64,000 nt of DNA from a virus, in IMG/VR virus record IMGVR_UViG_3300047557_002560, positions 4,366-68,365 of that record; one strand, given 5' to 3'. Positions 8,679-18,186 of this stretch are shown piece by piece (position 1 is the first letter of the stretch; each line of letters starts with the position of its first letter). Made by a program: the position numbers and the translations under genes. The notes below the pieces were generated by a model. It did not search any database. It had not been told where the DNA came from and saw only the letters and a program-made list of their open reading frames with translations.

Positions 8679-10011
8679 GAAACAAGCTATTTTAGATTTA
8701 GTATCAGATTACATTAAAGAAAAGAAAAGTAGTAAAACGTGGATAGCAGGTAAAGACTGGGTTCAGTATTCAGGTCCTTGGTTTAACCAAGACGAATTTG
8801 TCAATTGTGTAGATACACTTCTTGACGAATGGTTTATTCTTGGAGGTAAGGGAAGAGAATTTGAACAGAAGTTTGCACCACACCTAGGAAAGAGAGACGG
8901 CATTGTAGTAAACTCAGGGAGCTCGGCTAACTTGTTGATGGTTAGTTTGTTGACAACTAAGAGAGGAGGAGCATTACCAAAAGGTTCTAAGTTCATCACT
9001 CCAGTAGTATGTTTCCCTACTACTATCAATCCTTTACTGCAGAACGGATACAAACCTGTCTTTGTAGATGTTGAGTTACCCAACTTGAATTTAAACTTAG
9101 ATCAAGTCGAAGACTTATTAAAGAAGGATGAGAATAGAGAAATTAAGGGAATTATCTTTGCACACGTATTAGGTAACCCTCCTGATATGGATAGACTGAT
9201 GAGTCTAGTTGAAAAGTATGATTTAATTTATTTAGAAGATACTTGTGATGCTTTAGGAAGTACTTGGGATAATAAACCATTAGGATCTTTTGGTGACATC
9301 TCAACTTGTTCTTTCTTTCCTGCACATCACATGACAATGGGTGAAGGAGGTTTTGTTGCAGTTAACTCAGCAAAGAAGAGAATGGCTTTAGCTTCATTGA
9401 GAGATTGGGGTCGTGCATGTTATTGTAATACAGCTAAGCCAGGAAATGTAATGACAGGTACAGCTTGTGGATGTAGATTTGATTCTTGGTTCAAAGGACA
9501 TGATGATATTATATTTGATCATAGGTATGTGTTTGAAGAGATTGGATATAATCTTAAGCCTACTGAAATGCAGGCTGCTATGGGTTTAGCTCAGTTGGAT
9601 AAACTAGATGAGATGCATGCTAGAAGAAAGCATAACTTTGCTAGATTGTATAACATATTTGCTAAGTATGAAGAGTACTTCTATCTACCATCATGGCATG
9701 ATAAAGCTGATGTTAGTTGGTTTGGTTACTTAGTAACTTTGAAAGATAATCTACCATTTTCTAAATCTAACATGGTTGACTTTATGGAGTCTAAGTTAAT
9801 TCAAACTAGATCTTACTTTACAGGCAACGCCTTGTTCCACCCAGCTTATGAAGAGTTAGCAAACGAATATATTGATCCTCGTAATACATTTCCAATAGCA
9901 ACTAAAACAACTTTGGATACTTTCTTCTTAGGAGTTTATCCTGGTATAACTGATGAGCAGTTAGATTATATTGAAACAGTTGTTGATGAGTTTATAAATA
10001 ATCACAAATGA
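8668..10011 (+). CDS. rfbH: NDP-4-keto-6-deoxyglucose 3-dehydrase (E1/RfbH/DdhC type, PMP and Fe-S dependent)
   Basis: VNSGSSANLL, EDTCDALGS, SFFPAHHMTMGEGG (His in place of Lys), RDWGRACYC...CGCRF Cys cluster, GYNLKPTEMQAAMG. Confidence 0.9.
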   Translation: MDNKKQAILDLVSDYIKEKKSSKTWIAGKDWVQYSGPWFNQDEFVNCVDTLLDEWFILGGKGREFEQKFAPHLGKRDGIVVNSGSSANLLMVSLLTTKRGGALPKGSKFITPVVCFPTTINPLLQNGYKPVFVDVELPNLNLNLDQVEDLLKKDENREIKGIIFAHVLGNPPDMDRLMSLVEKYDLIYLEDTCDALGSTWDNKPLGSFGDISTCSFFPAHHMTMGEGGFVAVNSAKKRMALASLRDWGRACYCNTAKPGNVMTGTACGCRFDSWFKGHDDIIFDHRYVFEEIGYNLKPTEMQAAMGLAQLDKLDEMHARRKHNFARLYNIFAKYEEYFYLPSWHDKADVSWFGYLVTLKDNLPFSKSNMVDFMESKLIQTRSYFTGNALFHPAYEELANEYIDPRNTFPIATKTTLDTFFLGVYPGITDEQLDYIETVVDEFINNHK

Positions 10012-10994
10012 AAATAGCTTTTCTAACTGAAATGGGATTTGAAGGTAAGATACCTTCAGACCATCCTAACATGAGAACTGAGTTTGCTTGGATGTTTGCA
10101 TTGGAAGCAGATCATTATAACATTTGGAACTTTAAAGAAGTAAGAGATTACGATCACGTACTTATTATATTTCCTAAAGGTGAAGTAAGTCTTAATGCTT
10201 TTGCAGTTAAACAAAAGGATATAGTGAATCCAGTAACTCCACTTCTTACTCAAAGCATTCCTACTAAACTAAAAGAACATAACAAAAAGGTTCACTTCGT
10301 ACAAGAAGGTCCTCATTGGTTATGGAATGATTATGAACTAATCGATCAGATTAACTTCTATAACTTTATAGGAGAGTGTGACTCTATACTAGCTCACAAC
10401 GAACATGACTTTGCTTACTACAAAGGTATGTTTCCTACCAAACCAGTAGGAGTTCTTGATACGTTAATGATTGAGAACCTGATCAAAGATATAGAACCAA
10501 GTAAGGAAGATAAAGTTATTGTAGGTGGAAACTTTGCAAGATGGTATGGAGGATTTGAAAGTCACATAGTAGCATCAGAGTTTGATGTGCCAATCTACGG
10601 TCAATCATCTCATGCGAAGAGAGAAGGTGAGGATCAATTAGTCAACATACTTCCAAGGATGTTATGGGTTGATTGGATAAAAAAACTTTCAACTTTCAAG
10701 TATGCTGTTCATCTTATGCCTACTGTAGCTGCCGGTACATTTGCTTTGAACTGTGCTTACTTAGGTATTCCTTGCATTGGTAACAGAGAAGTAACTACTC
10801 AGAAGTTATGCCACCCTAATCTCTCAGTGGATGTTTGGGATGTAAGATATGCAAGAGAGTTAGCACAGAAGCTTGCAAAGGATAAAGATTTCTATAACGA
10901 TTGTAGTATAACTGCAAAACTAAATTACAGATCTCATTATGATATCTCAACTTGGAGAGCTAGATTAAACTTTGCACTCAATGAAGCAAAATAA
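10008..10994 (+). CDS. putative glycosyltransferase (GT-B-like)
   Basis: coupled within the island; C-terminal AGTFALNCAYLGIPCIG. Confidence 0.6.
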   Translation: MKIAFLTEMGFEGKIPSDHPNMRTEFAWMFALEADHYNIWNFKEVRDYDHVLIIFPKGEVSLNAFAVKQKDIVNPVTPLLTQSIPTKLKEHNKKVHFVQEGPHWLWNDYELIDQINFYNFIGECDSILAHNEHDFAYYKGMFPTKPVGVLDTLMIENLIKDIEPSKEDKVIVGGNFARWYGGFESHIVASEFDVPIYGQSSHAKREGEDQLVNILPRMLWVDWIKKLSTFKYAVHLMPTVAAGTFALNCAYLGIPCIGNREVTTQKLCHPNLSVDVWDVRYARELAQKLAKDKDFYNDCSITAKLNYRSHYDISTWRARLNFALNEAK

Positions 10995-13392
10995 ATTCAA
11001 GATAGTAATACCATCCTACAATAATGAGAAATGGTATGAAGCTAACATAGCAAGTATTCTAAATCAAACATATAAGAACTACGATGTTCTTTACATTGAT
11101 GATGCTTCCACTGACAACACTTACCAAGTAGTTAGTAATATAGTTTCAGACTTACCAAACTGGAAAGTTGTATCTAATGAGCAGAACATGCGTAGAGGTT
11201 ATAACCTAAGTCCATACAATCCTCTACTTATAGATTTCATTGAGAGCGATGACGATATACTTGTTTTCATAGATGGTGATGATTGGTTGTATGACGATAA
11301 GGTTTTAGAGTCTCTAAACAATCTATACAATGAAAACGAATACTGGATGACCTATGGAAAGTTTGTATGTTATCCATCAGGTGATCTAGGTAATCCACAG
11401 AATACTCCCTACCCTATTGAAGTTCATGAACAAAATGCTTACAGAAGAGATACATGGAGAGCTTCACATCTGAGAACCTTTAGATGGCATCTATACAAAC
11501 AAATCAAGAAAGAAGATCTGATCTTTAGTAAGACTGGTGAGTTTTATTTTCACGCAGAGGATTTAGCTACAAGTTTTCCTTGTCTTGAAATGTGTCCAAA
11601 GGATAAGATTGGTGTGGTAGATTTTATAACATACGTCTACAATGTTAGTCAAGAAGCAAGAGAAAGAGTGGAAAAGGATCTATCAAGAGAACCAGGAGGA
11701 TACCAATACGAATTACAAATTAGAGAATCAGAAATTAGAAACCGTAAACCTTACAATGTGATAGACAATCAAAAGATAATAATTAGTTCTCTTGGAGGAG
11801 GATTAGGCAATATGTTATTCATGACAGCAGCAGCTACCGGGTTGTCTAAGAAACATAATCACAAACAATTCTTTTATGACAATCATTATGGAATACTTCA
11901 CGGTAAACCAATGTCGTATAAGGATACAGTATTTAGAAACCTACCTTTATTAGAACATAATCTAGCAGAGGTAGTTCCTGTTGGTGAAAGATCCTTTCAC
12001 TATACTCCGATAGAAGCTCCAAATGAGAATGTTATTGTTAATGGATACTTCCAATCACAAAAGTACTTCGAACATTGTAAAGATGAAGTACGAGAGTTAT
12101 TCTCGTGTCCTGATAATATTAGAGAGACTTTGTTATCTAAGTATGATGTAACTGATACAGTATCACTACACATAAGAAGAGGTAACTACGTTCAGTTATC
12201 TTATAACCATTATAACCTATCATTAGGATACTATAGGAATGCAGTAGATTACTTTAAAGGCTATAAGTTCCTAGTGTTTAGTGATGATATTGAATGGTGT
12301 AAGGAAAACTTCAAAGGTGAGGAGTTTACTTTTGCAGAAGGAAAGAATGAAGTTAAAGACTTATACTTAATGAGTCTATGTACTCATAATGTAATAGCAA
12401 ACTCTACTTTTAGTTGGTGGGGTGCTTTCTTAAATAAGAATCCAAACAAGACTGTAATCTATCCGGATAAATGGTTTGGTCCAGGTTATAAGGATTGGAA
12501 GACATCTGATCTATTTCCTGAGGAGTGGATTTGTTTGACTGAAGATGAACCTCAAATTACAGTAAACCTTTTTGATGGAGCATTTGGTCACTTAGTGAAA
12601 CCTAATGGCAGGTATTCATCTGTTCACGATAAGATATCAAGACTTGTTAAGTATACTAAGAACAATCCTAACTTTGATGGTATCACTATTTTTACAGATG
12701 GTGATATAAAGAATCCTGCTGTAGCCAGTGTACAGAGTAAGTATAAGATTGGATGGTTACTGGAAACTAGAGAGTTGCATGGAGGTTTGTATAATGAGTT
12801 TGAGAGCTACAAAGATAACTTTGACTTTGTAATGACACATGACTCTGAACTACTAACTAAGTATCCAGATAAAACTAGACTATGCATCTTTGGTGGTACT
12901 TGGATCAAAAATAAGAACTATTGGATACACAATAAGACTAAGAATGTATCTATGATCTATTCAGGAAAGCAGTACATGACTGGTCATAAGTTAAGACACG
13001 AGGTTGCTAGCAATGTGGAAGGTATTGATTTGTATGGTCACGGTTCTCCAAGACCTATTAGATTTAAAGAAGAAGCTTTATTGGATTATAGGTTCTCTAT
13101 TATTATTGAGAACTCTAAGACAGACAACTACTTTACAGAGAAGCTTGTAGATTGTTTTATGGTTGGTACTGTTCCGATTTATTGGGGTGCACCTAACATA
13201 GACAAGTACTTTGATACTAGAGGAATGATTATTGTTAATTCTTTAGAAGAGATAAAAGAAGTTGTTGGAAAGTTAAATGAAAATGAGTATGTTAGTAAGA
13301 TGGAGTACATTAAGACTAATCTAGAAACTGCTCGTAGTTTTGATGTAACAGAGGATTGGATGTATAATAACATATTAAAAGATCTAAAGTAA
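10981..13392 (+). CDS. tri-domain glycosyltransferase: GT2 + GT11 (alpha-1,2-FucT-like) + GT10 (alpha-1,3-FucT-like)
   Basis: GT2: IVIPSYN, IDDAS, FIDGDDWL; GT11: GGLGNMLF, GYFQS, SLHIRRGNY, VFSDDIEW, IANSTFSWWGA; GT10: YRFSIIIENS..DNYFTEKLVD...GTVPIYWG. Confidence 0.88.
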   Translation: MKQNKFKIVIPSYNNEKWYEANIASILNQTYKNYDVLYIDDASTDNTYQVVSNIVSDLPNWKVVSNEQNMRRGYNLSPYNPLLIDFIESDDDILVFIDGDDWLYDDKVLESLNNLYNENEYWMTYGKFVCYPSGDLGNPQNTPYPIEVHEQNAYRRDTWRASHLRTFRWHLYKQIKKEDLIFSKTGEFYFHAEDLATSFPCLEMCPKDKIGVVDFITYVYNVSQEARERVEKDLSREPGGYQYELQIRESEIRNRKPYNVIDNQKIIISSLGGGLGNMLFMTAAATGLSKKHNHKQFFYDNHYGILHGKPMSYKDTVFRNLPLLEHNLAEVVPVGERSFHYTPIEAPNENVIVNGYFQSQKYFEHCKDEVRELFSCPDNIRETLLSKYDVTDTVSLHIRRGNYVQLSYNHYNLSLGYYRNAVDYFKGYKFLVFSDDIEWCKENFKGEEFTFAEGKNEVKDLYLMSLCTHNVIANSTFSWWGAFLNKNPNKTVIYPDKWFGPGYKDWKTSDLFPEEWICLTEDEPQITVNLFDGAFGHLVKPNGRYSSVHDKISRLVKYTKNNPNFDGITIFTDGDIKNPAVASVQSKYKIGWLLETRELHGGLYNEFESYKDNFDFVMTHDSELLTKYPDKTRLCIFGGTWIKNKNYWIHNKTKNVSMIYSGKQYMTGHKLRHEVASNVEGIDLYGHGSPRPIRFKEEALLDYRFSIIIENSKTDNYFTEKLVDCFMVGTVPIYWGAPNIDKYFDTRGMIIVNSLEEIKEVVGKLNENEYVSKMEYIKTNLETARSFDVTEDWMYNNILKDLK

Positions 13393-14006
13393 TGGATTAC
13401 GTTTCTTTTAATCAGAATGAATTTAACAGGTGGATTCAAGATAGAGGTGATATGACCTTACGTCTCACTTATCCTCTTAATGAAAGTTCAGTTGTTATTG
13501 ATGCAGGAGGGTATAAAGGTGATTGGGCAGAAAATATCTTTATTGGATACGAATGTTTTGTTTATGTATTAGAACCTCTAAAGTCATTTCACGATAGTAT
13601 AGCTTACAAGTTTCAAGGCAATAATAAAATTGTTCCTTTAAACATAGCATTATCAAATAAGAACGAAGAAGCAAAGATCTCTACTGCAGGTGATTCATCT
13701 TCTATGTTTGCTGGAGGTGACAAAGTAGAAACTATTAAATGTATTGATGTAAAGGATTTCTTTATTACCAACAAGATAGATGAAGTTGATCTAATGAAGA
13801 TTAACATTGAAGGATCTGAGTACGATCTACTAGAAAGAATTATAGAATTAGATCTACACAAAAAAATTAAAAACTTCCAAATTCAGTTTCATAGGTTTAT
13901 TGAGAACTGTGATGTAAGAAGAAAAGCAATACAAGAAGCTTTATCAGAAACTCACAACTGTACTTGGAACTATGATTGGATTTGGGAAAACTGGCAAATA
14001 AAGTAA
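13392..14006 (+). CDS. FkbM-family methyltransferase
   Basis: VIDAGGYKG, VLEP, DLMKINIEGSEY, QIQFH. Confidence 0.9.
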   Translation: MDYVSFNQNEFNRWIQDRGDMTLRLTYPLNESSVVIDAGGYKGDWAENIFIGYECFVYVLEPLKSFHDSIAYKFQGNNKIVPLNIALSNKNEEAKISTAGDSSSMFAGGDKVETIKCIDVKDFFITNKIDEVDLMKINIEGSEYDLLERIIELDLHKKIKNFQIQFHRFIENCDVRRKAIQEALSETHNCTWNYDWIWENWQIK

Positions 14007-14007
14007 T

Positions 14008-14967
14008 ATGAAAGTTGTATATGTTACAGGTTGTTTAGGATTGATAGGATCACATATAACTAGACTTTGCTTGGAGAAAGGATGGTATGTTATAGGAGTT
14101 GATAAGAAAACCTATGCAGCAAACCTAGACTTCCTTCAGGAATTTGAAATGGAACACAACTTCAAGTTCATTGAAAGTGATATAAATGATCTACAATTTC
14201 TATACGAATGTGATTACATTATCAACACTGCAGCAGAGACTCATGTTGGAAATAGTATAGCTAACAGTGATCAGTTTATAGATTCGAATATAACTGGTGT
14301 ACACCATTTACTAGAGTTGATTAGAAACTATAGAGGAGAATCTAAAGTACCAACTCTATTACATTTCAGTACAGATGAAGTATATGGAGATATTGTAGAA
14401 GGTGCCCACAAAGAAACTGACTTACTTAAACCTTCCAATCCTTACTCAGCTACTAAAGCAGCAGCCGATATGTTGATACTAGCTTGGGGTAGAACCTACA
14501 ACTTACCTTACATTATAGTCAGACCTACAAACAATTATGGTATTGGTCAGTATGCAGAAAAATTAATACCAAAGGCATGTAAGTGTTTAGAACTAAATAA
14601 GAAGATTCCTTTGCACGACTTAGGTAAACCAATTAGGAATTGGTTACATGCAGGTGATACTGCTAGAGCTGTAATAACAATAATTGAAAGTGGTACGTGT
14701 AATGAAATCTATAACATAGCTGGAGGCTACGAACAAAGTAACTATGAAACTGTAAGAAAGGTTGTTTATGAGTTCTTTAGTATGAACGAAGAAAAGTTTA
14801 CTGGTATAGATGATTACTTAGATTTGACCTATTCTAGAAAAGGACAAGATGTAAGATATGCATTAGAGGATTCTAAGTTAAGAGCTTTAGGATGGGAACC
14901 GAAAGCAGTATTTGATGAAGAACTAAAAGAGATAGTTAGATATTATAAACTAAATTTTATTTGGTAA
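14008..14967 (+). CDS. rfbB: dTDP-glucose 4,6-dehydratase-like
   Basis: TGCLGLIG, AAETHV, STDEVYG, PYSATKAA, RPTNNYG, RNWLH. Confidence 0.88.
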   Translation: MKVVYVTGCLGLIGSHITRLCLEKGWYVIGVDKKTYAANLDFLQEFEMEHNFKFIESDINDLQFLYECDYIINTAAETHVGNSIANSDQFIDSNITGVHHLLELIRNYRGESKVPTLLHFSTDEVYGDIVEGAHKETDLLKPSNPYSATKAAADMLILAWGRTYNLPYIIVRPTNNYGIGQYAEKLIPKACKCLELNKKIPLHDLGKPIRNWLHAGDTARAVITIIESGTCNEIYNIAGGYEQSNYETVRKVVYEFFSMNEEKFTGIDDYLDLTYSRKGQDVRYALEDSKLRALGWEPKAVFDEELKEIVRYYKLNFIW

Positions 14968-15665
14968 TGGGATTATTTAGAATTCAACACACAGACTTTG
15001 AACAGAAGTTCAACATGAATGACTTTGATACTGAGCATTCAAACGAATGGGAAGATGCAGGTAGATTACAAGAAGATGCTTGGCAAAGAAGATATGAGTA
15101 TGAAGCTAATCTAGTTAAGCTTGTTGTTGATTCTTATCCAAGCATTAATACTGTACTTGAGATTGGAAGTGGACCTGGCATACTGTCTCAAAAAGTATTA
15201 GAAAAGAAGCCAGATCTTGAATACGATTTAGTAGACAAACCATTTGCTGAAAAGTATTTTAAAGAGCATAACTTCAAAGGAAGATTCTTTGTCAAAGACT
15301 TATCTAATAGCTTTGATGTAAATGGTTTAAGAAACAAATACGATTTAGTTATTGCTAATGATTTCTTAGAGCATGTATACAATCCTCACATCATCCTAAA
15401 AACAATTTATAAACGTACACATAAAGATTCTGTATTGTTTGTAAGTAATCCTAACTGGAGAATGTCACATCAATATGTTTATAGAGGGTTGTTTGACTTT
15501 GATAATTTCGTATATTTGTTATACACACATAACTTTGCTCTCCAAGGCTTTTACGGATCTGAATTGAAAACTCCTAACTATCCTAGGATAAGTTCTGAGA
15601 GTCTACTACCAGAAGAGAACCTAACAGATTGGAATCATTATATGATCTTTCAACATAGAGTATGA
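14967..15665 (+). CDS. class I SAM-dependent methyltransferase
   Basis: VLEIGSGPG, YDLVIANDFLEHV, PN; TAATG coupling. Confidence 0.85.
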   Translation: MGLFRIQHTDFEQKFNMNDFDTEHSNEWEDAGRLQEDAWQRRYEYEANLVKLVVDSYPSINTVLEIGSGPGILSQKVLEKKPDLEYDLVDKPFAEKYFKEHNFKGRFFVKDLSNSFDVNGLRNKYDLVIANDFLEHVYNPHIILKTIYKRTHKDSVLFVSNPNWRMSHQYVYRGLFDFDNFVYLLYTHNFALQGFYGSELKTPNYPRISSESLLPEENLTDWNHYMIFQHRV

Positions 15666-16282
15666 ATTTAAAAAAGAGAATAGCAGAGATAGCTTTTAAA
15701 CATAAGCTAGGTCACTTAGGTAGTTACTTTTCTACTGTAGGTATTATAGATAAGATCTATAGTAAGATGAAAGAAGATGATATCTTCATCTTATCATCAG
15801 GGCATGCTTCATTAGCTTTGTATGTTTGTTTAGAAAAATATAAAGGCTTTGATGCAGATGTATTATTTCAGAAGTATGGAGGCCATCCTCACAGAGATGA
15901 GGCTCACGGAATTTATTGTTCTACTGGTAGCCTTGGTATGGGATTACCAATTGCTTTAGGCAGAGCTGTTGCTAATCCGAATAGAAAAGTTTATGTTCTC
16001 GTTAGTGATGGTGAGTGTGCAGAAGGAAGTATATGGGAAGCTCTTCAGACTATATGGGAACAAGGTATTCTTAATATAGAAGTTCACGTTAATGTAAATG
16101 GGTATGCAGCCTATAAGAAAGTAGACAAGGACAATCTAATAGATAGGCTTATCGCTTTCCTACCTGATATCAGAATACACCATACTAACGTAGAGCAGTA
16201 TAGTTTCCTAAAAGGCCTCAATGCTCACTACCATGTTATGAATGAAGAAAACTATCAAGAGGTTTTAAATACAGAAGAATGA
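15662..16282 (+). CDS. transketolase-like N-terminal (TPP-binding) subunit
   Basis: GHLGS, FILSSGHA, STGSLGMGLPIALG, SDGECAEGSIWEA, NVN. Confidence 0.92.
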   Translation: MNLKKRIAEIAFKHKLGHLGSYFSTVGIIDKIYSKMKEDDIFILSSGHASLALYVCLEKYKGFDADVLFQKYGGHPHRDEAHGIYCSTGSLGMGLPIALGRAVANPNRKVYVLVSDGECAEGSIWEALQTIWEQGILNIEVHVNVNGYAAYKKVDKDNLIDRLIAFLPDIRIHHTNVEQYSFLKGLNAHYHVMNEENYQEVLNTEE

Positions 16283-16755
16283 GAAAGCAGTTTGCTAAGT
16301 TACTATTTGATGAGATGGCTAAGAATGAAGACATCTATCTTATAACTGGAGACCTAGGTTATGGTTTGTGGGACTCAATCAGAGATACCTACCCAGATAG
16401 ATTCTTTAATGTAGGCTCAGCAGAGATGGCTATGATGGGTATGGGAATTGGATTAGCTATGGAAGGAAAGATTCCGTATGTTTATTCTATAACTCCTTTT
16501 GCAATATACAGACCTTTTGAAATGATACGTAACTACATAGATCATGAAAAGATTCCTGTTAACATAATTGGAGGTGGAAGAGATCAAGACTACGGATACT
16601 TAGGCTTTTCACATTGGTCACACGATGATATGAGAGTTATGACTTCTTTTAGTGACATAGCATTATATAAACCTAACAACGATCTAGATCTTCAGCAAGC
16701 ATTTGACTTTAGCTTAACAAAAACTAAAGGTTGTTATATAAATTTAAAAAGATGA
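16279..16755 (+). CDS. transketolase-like pyrimidine-binding subunit (no C-terminal domain)
   Basis: TGDLGY, RFFNVGSAE, GLAMEG, RPFEMIR, GFSHWS. Confidence 0.9.
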   Translation: MRKQFAKLLFDEMAKNEDIYLITGDLGYGLWDSIRDTYPDRFFNVGSAEMAMMGMGIGLAMEGKIPYVYSITPFAIYRPFEMIRNYIDHEKIPVNIIGGGRDQDYGYLGFSHWSHDDMRVMTSFSDIALYKPNNDLDLQQAFDFSLTKTKGCYINLKR

Positions 16756-17582
16756 AAATACTACTAACAGGAGCAAATGGTTACATTGGAAGATCGTTGA
16801 ATGAAGCTTTAAAGGATAAACATGAGGTAACAAGGCTAACTAGAGAGGAGTGTGACCTAACATCTCTCCACAGAGTAGCTTTATACTTTTGGAAACTGTA
16901 CGATGCTAAAGAAAGGTTTGATGTGGTAATTCATTGTGCAGCCGTTGGTGGTAATAGATTAGTTGAAGACAACGCAAAGGATGTACTTGATACTAACCTT
17001 CAAATGTTCTATCATCTAGCTCAACATCACAAATCATTCTTTGATAAGTTTATATGTTTTGGATCAGGTGCTGAGATTTACAGTAGTGATAAGCCTTACG
17101 GACTGAGCAAAAAAATCATAGCTGATTCAATAAACGAGAGAGAAGGATTCTACAATCTTAGAATCTTTGGAGTGTTTGATGAGAATGAACTAGACAGAAG
17201 GTTTATCAAGGCTAGCATTCTAAGATATCTAAGAGGTGAAAGTTTAGAGATTCACGACAACAGATACTTTGATTTCTTTTATATGCAAGACCTAGTTAAG
17301 TTAGTAGAGTATTACTTAGCAGAAGAGAATCCTCCAAAGGTTACTGAATGTAGATATGATTCAACTAAGAACTTAAGTGGCATAGCCAATTTAATCAATG
17401 AGTTAGATGAACACAAAGTAGATATCTCTATATCGAATCCTTATGGTGGTGCTTACGTTGGAACTTTACTTCCTCCGTCTTTAGACTATGTAGGACTTGA
17501 ACAAGGAATCAAAAACGTGTATTCGTCTCTATTTATAATAAACGAAAAGAATGGCAGTAGTGTATCAACACAGAAGAAATGA
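16752..17582 (+). CDS. NAD-dependent epimerase/reductase (extended SDR)
   Basis: [27 protein letters not shown]. Confidence 0.85.
   Translation: MKILLTGANGYIGRSLNEALKDKHEVTRLTREECDLTSLHRVALYFWKLYDAKERFDVVIHCAAVGGNRLVEDNAKDVLDTNLQMFYHLAQHHKSFFDKFICFGSGAEIYSSDKPYGLSKKIIADSINEREGFYNLRIFGVFDENELDRRFIKASILRYLRGESLEIHDNRYFDFFYMQDLVKLVEYYLAEENPPKVTECRYDSTKNLSGIANLINELDEHKVDISISNPYGGAYVGTLLPPSLDYVGLEQGIKNVYSSLFIINEKNGSSVSTQKK
17528..17537 (+). promoter_or_regulatory. candidate late promoter of homing endonuclease
   Basis: TCTATTTATA, 13 nt before ATG 17551. Confidence 0.5.
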
Positions 17583-18186
17583 TAATAATGAGATTTTTTA
17601 TATAGGCATTGGTAAAACTAAAGCAAGAGCTTATAGTAAAACTAACAGAAATAAATATTGGTATAACATTGTTAATAGTGTAGGGTATTCTGTTGAAATT
17701 CTAGAATATAATCTTTCTTGGGAAGATGCATGTACGAAAGAAAAAAATTTCATAGAAGAATTTGGAAGGAAAGATTTGAATACCGGAATCTTAGTTAATA
17801 TGACTAATGGAGGTGATGGAGTGGTAGGAAGAAATGTCACTGATCAATGGAAAAACAAAATATCTAAAAGCAGCAAAGGAAGGTTTATATCAGAAGAAAC
17901 TAGACGTAAGATGTCGGAAGCTAGGATAGGTAAGACAACAAGTGATGAAACTAAAAGAAAACAATCAGAAGTTAAAAAGGGAAAGAAACATACCGAAGAA
18001 ACTAAAAGAAAGGTATCTTTGGCTAGAAAAGGTAAGCCAGCGTGGAACAAAGGCAAAAAAATGTCAGATGAGTTTAAAGCTAAGATATCAGAACTACAAA
18101 AAGGTAAACCTGGTACCAAGCATACCGAGGATACTAAGCGTAGGATATCTGAAACACTAAAAAATAGAAAATTAAAAAATAAGTGA
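17551..18186 (+). mobile_element. free-standing GIY-YIG homing endonuclease with NUMOD3 repeats
   Basis: VYQH...[16 protein letters not shown]; repeats [32 protein letters not shown]. Confidence 0.9.

Noticed and set aside
8668-10011. ColD (GDP-colitose pathway with gmd/fcl)
   Set aside because: The N-terminus and the RDWGRxCxC...C cluster are RfbH/E1-type, which ColD lacks; activity on the GDP substrate is not excluded but the call is RfbH.
16279-16755. Frameshifted or pseudogenised transketolase
   Set aside because: The stop is translationally coupled (ATGA) to the epimerase and no C-terminal domain appears in another frame, so it looks like a natural short subunit.
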